Sequence record: PV745554.1 | Length of the DNA: 64,000 nt | Reading direction: 5' to 3' (one strand) | Shown here: piece after piece, positions 62,551-64,000 of the stretch | Layout of the letters: the number at the start of each line of letters is the position of its first letter | Position numbering within the stretch: position 1 is the first letter of the stretch | Notes under the pieces: generated by a model | What the model saw: only the letters and a program-made list of their open reading frames with translations | Databases searched by the model: none | Told to the model about the DNA's origin: nothing | Made by a program: the position numbers and the translations under genes

Positions 62551-62991
62551 ATGCAAACCGCTTCCGTGATTCTCCCCGCCCAAACCCTGGCCGGCGCCGA
62601 CCTTGGCCCCGTGCTGATGGTCTTCGCCCTGGAACTGTCGCAGCACTTCGGCGACGTCGCCCAAGCCCCGACCGTCGAGCGCTGGACCGATGAGGCGACG
62701 GGCGCCGAATTCGTCGCCGACTGTGTGGCGTTCACGGTGTCGGCGGACTGGACCGCCAAGGGCGGACGCATGGCGCGCCGCCTGGAGAACATGGCCGCCC
62801 GCTACGCCGCCCCGTGCGAGGCCCCGGCCCTGACCGTCCAGCACGCCGACGGCTCAACCGTCTACGTCGCCGCCCTGGAGGCCCTGGCGCGCCCTGCCCC
62901 GGTGCAAGGCCCCTCGCGCATCGCAGACCCGGCTTTCCTGCCCCGCCAGCGTGAGGACAAGGCCGCCCGCTTCGAGCGCCTGACCGCCTAG
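62551..62991 (+). CDS. hypothetical protein
   Basis: ATG after GGAG. Confidence 0.8.
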   Translation: MQTASVILPAQTLAGADLGPVLMVFALELSQHFGDVAQAPTVERWTDEATGAEFVADCVAFTVSADWTAKGGRMARRLENMAARYAAPCEAPALTVQHADGSTVYVAALEALARPAPVQGPSRIADPAFLPRQREDKAARFERLTA

Positions 62992-63015
62992 GCCCTGGCC
63001 TAGCCTCTCCCCTTG

Positions 63016-63048
63016 GCGCACCGCCTCGCAAGCGGTGCGCTTTTCTTT
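63016..63048 (+). terminator. Rho-independent terminator
   Basis: GCGCACCGC-CTCGCAA-GCGGTGCGC-TTTTCTTT. Confidence 0.85.
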
Positions 63049-63053
63049 GCGTA

Positions 63054-63086
63054 TTAACTTGTTGTTAAGAGTTTAGCTGATAGTGT
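63054..63086 (+). promoter_or_regulatory. CtrA-box promoter
   Basis: Perfect TTAA-CTTGTTG-TTAA-N11-ATAGTGT. Confidence 0.85.
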
Positions 63087-63136
63087 CTCCTTGTTGGCGG
63101 CGCATCCCGCGCCGCTCCTCTCTTGGATCGCTCGAC

Positions 63137-63529
63137 ATGGCCCGCCCTTCTGACCTGCTCAACGTCAACGCCGCCCGCGTCCTGGCTTGCCTCGAAGCCC
63201 TGGCCGGCGTCGTCAAGACCGCCCCGGAAGCCGACCGCGCCGCCTTTTCCTTCCTGCTGGACGCGGCCGAATTCGTCGCCTCCTGGCGCCGCAACCATAC
63301 GGAAACCGACCGTCGCCGCGCCTACGGTGCGGCGTGCGCGGCGCAAGCCCTGGCCCTGACCAATGCCTATCAGCCCGCGACCATGCAAGGCGGGGCGGTG
63401 CGCCGCGCCCTGGGCGCCTATGCCGCCGCCCTTAAGCTGCTGCTGGACGGCGAGCCGGTGCAAGCCGTGCGCGCGGCCGAAGGCGCCGCCCAAAGCGTGC
63501 GCGGGCGCTTCGCTAACACCCGCATCTAG
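63137..63529 (+). CDS. Ala-rich hypothetical protein
   Basis: ATG downstream of the leader hairpin. Confidence 0.75.
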   Translation: MARPSDLLNVNAARVLACLEALAGVVKTAPEADRAAFSFLLDAAEFVASWRRNHTETDRRRAYGAACAAQALALTNAYQPATMQGGAVRRALGAYAAALKLLLDGEPVQAVRAAEGAAQSVRGRFANTRI

Positions 63530-63561
63530 TAACCTTTTGTTAAGACCCCCTGGCCTATAGT
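63529..63561 (+). promoter_or_regulatory. CtrA-box promoter
   Basis: GTAA-CCTTTTG-TTAA-N11-CTATAGT. Confidence 0.8.
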
Positions 63562-63587
63562 CAGGGGGTCGCAAGGAGACACCCGAC

Positions 63588-63779
63588 ATGACCCGCCCCG
63601 GCCCCGCCTCGCTCCTCTCGCCCGCCGCCACCTTCTCGGCGCATAACCTGACCCTTCCGGGCGCTCGCCCTATGCCCCTGCCCAAGGCGCAAGGCCTGAC
63701 CTATGGCCAGTGCATCGCCCTGGGCGCGAGCCTGGGCTTGCTGGGCTTCCTCGCCTTGCGCGTGTTCGGTCTGGTCTGA
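63588..63779 (+). CDS. small protein with C-terminal TM helix
   Basis: ATG after AAGGAG; IALGASLGLLGFLALRVFGLV. Confidence 0.7.
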   Translation: MTRPGPASLLSPAATFSAHNLTLPGARPMPLPKAQGLTYGQCIALGASLGLLGFLALRVFGLV

Positions 63780-64000
63780 CCAGACCCCCGGCGCCCCCGG
63801 TCGCCTCGCGGTAGGGCTGTCCCATATTGAGACGGCCCTACCGGGGTAGTGTTTCTTTTTGGGACGAGGGACCCAAAGGCCCCCTACGTTAACCATTTTT
63901 GGCGGCGCCCCCCGGCGCCTCAGGATAGCATTGAACTTTTCGGTTGACATAATCAGACCCTCAGGCGAAGAAGGGCGCGTTCAGGCCGAGCGGCGCCCCC

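Larger units (their letters stand above)
53589..63874 (+). repeat. probable long terminal repeat region (about 10.3 kb)
   Basis: Inference: follows terL, has its own promoter class, is bounded by AGGGACCC at both ends; phiCbK-like phages have terminal repeats of about this size. Only one copy is visible here. Confidence 0.5.

Overview
High-GC phage DNA that matches a phiCbK-like (Dolichocephalovirinae) giant Caulobacter siphophage. The assignment is inferred from the GcrA and XRE homologues, the terminase module and the promoter types; no database search was run. Layout: (1) 1-5.9 kb is a leftward arm with a Caulobacter-type XRE regulator and a GcrA homologue. (2) 6-45.6 kb is a rightward run of about 100 mostly small hypothetical genes, including a metallophosphoesterase, HNH and EndoVII-like nucleases, a phosphohistidine swivel-domain fusion and many winged-helix-like proteins. 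Thirteen near-identical sigma70 promoter cassettes punctuate this run, and one more lies in the leftward arm (TTGACA-N17/18-TAnAn, then a fixed GACGACAAC leader and a Shine-Dalgarno inside a hairpin). (3) 45.8-47.4 kb has a winged-helix gene, an AT-rich tract and 27-bp repeats, a candidate origin. (4) 48.7-53.5 kb encodes RuvC, TerS and TerL. TerL carries a Pro-initiated class-3-type intein and an apparent internal deletion with frameshift. (5) 53.6-63.9 kb is probably the roughly 10 kb terminal repeat. It opens with a 24-bp-period GGGGACCC array and two other repeat arrays, and most of its transcription units start at a CtrA box (TTAA-N7-TTAA) placed at the -35 position. I found no tRNA, rRNA, CRISPR array, integrase or recognisable defence system. 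Products are motif-based calls made by eye.
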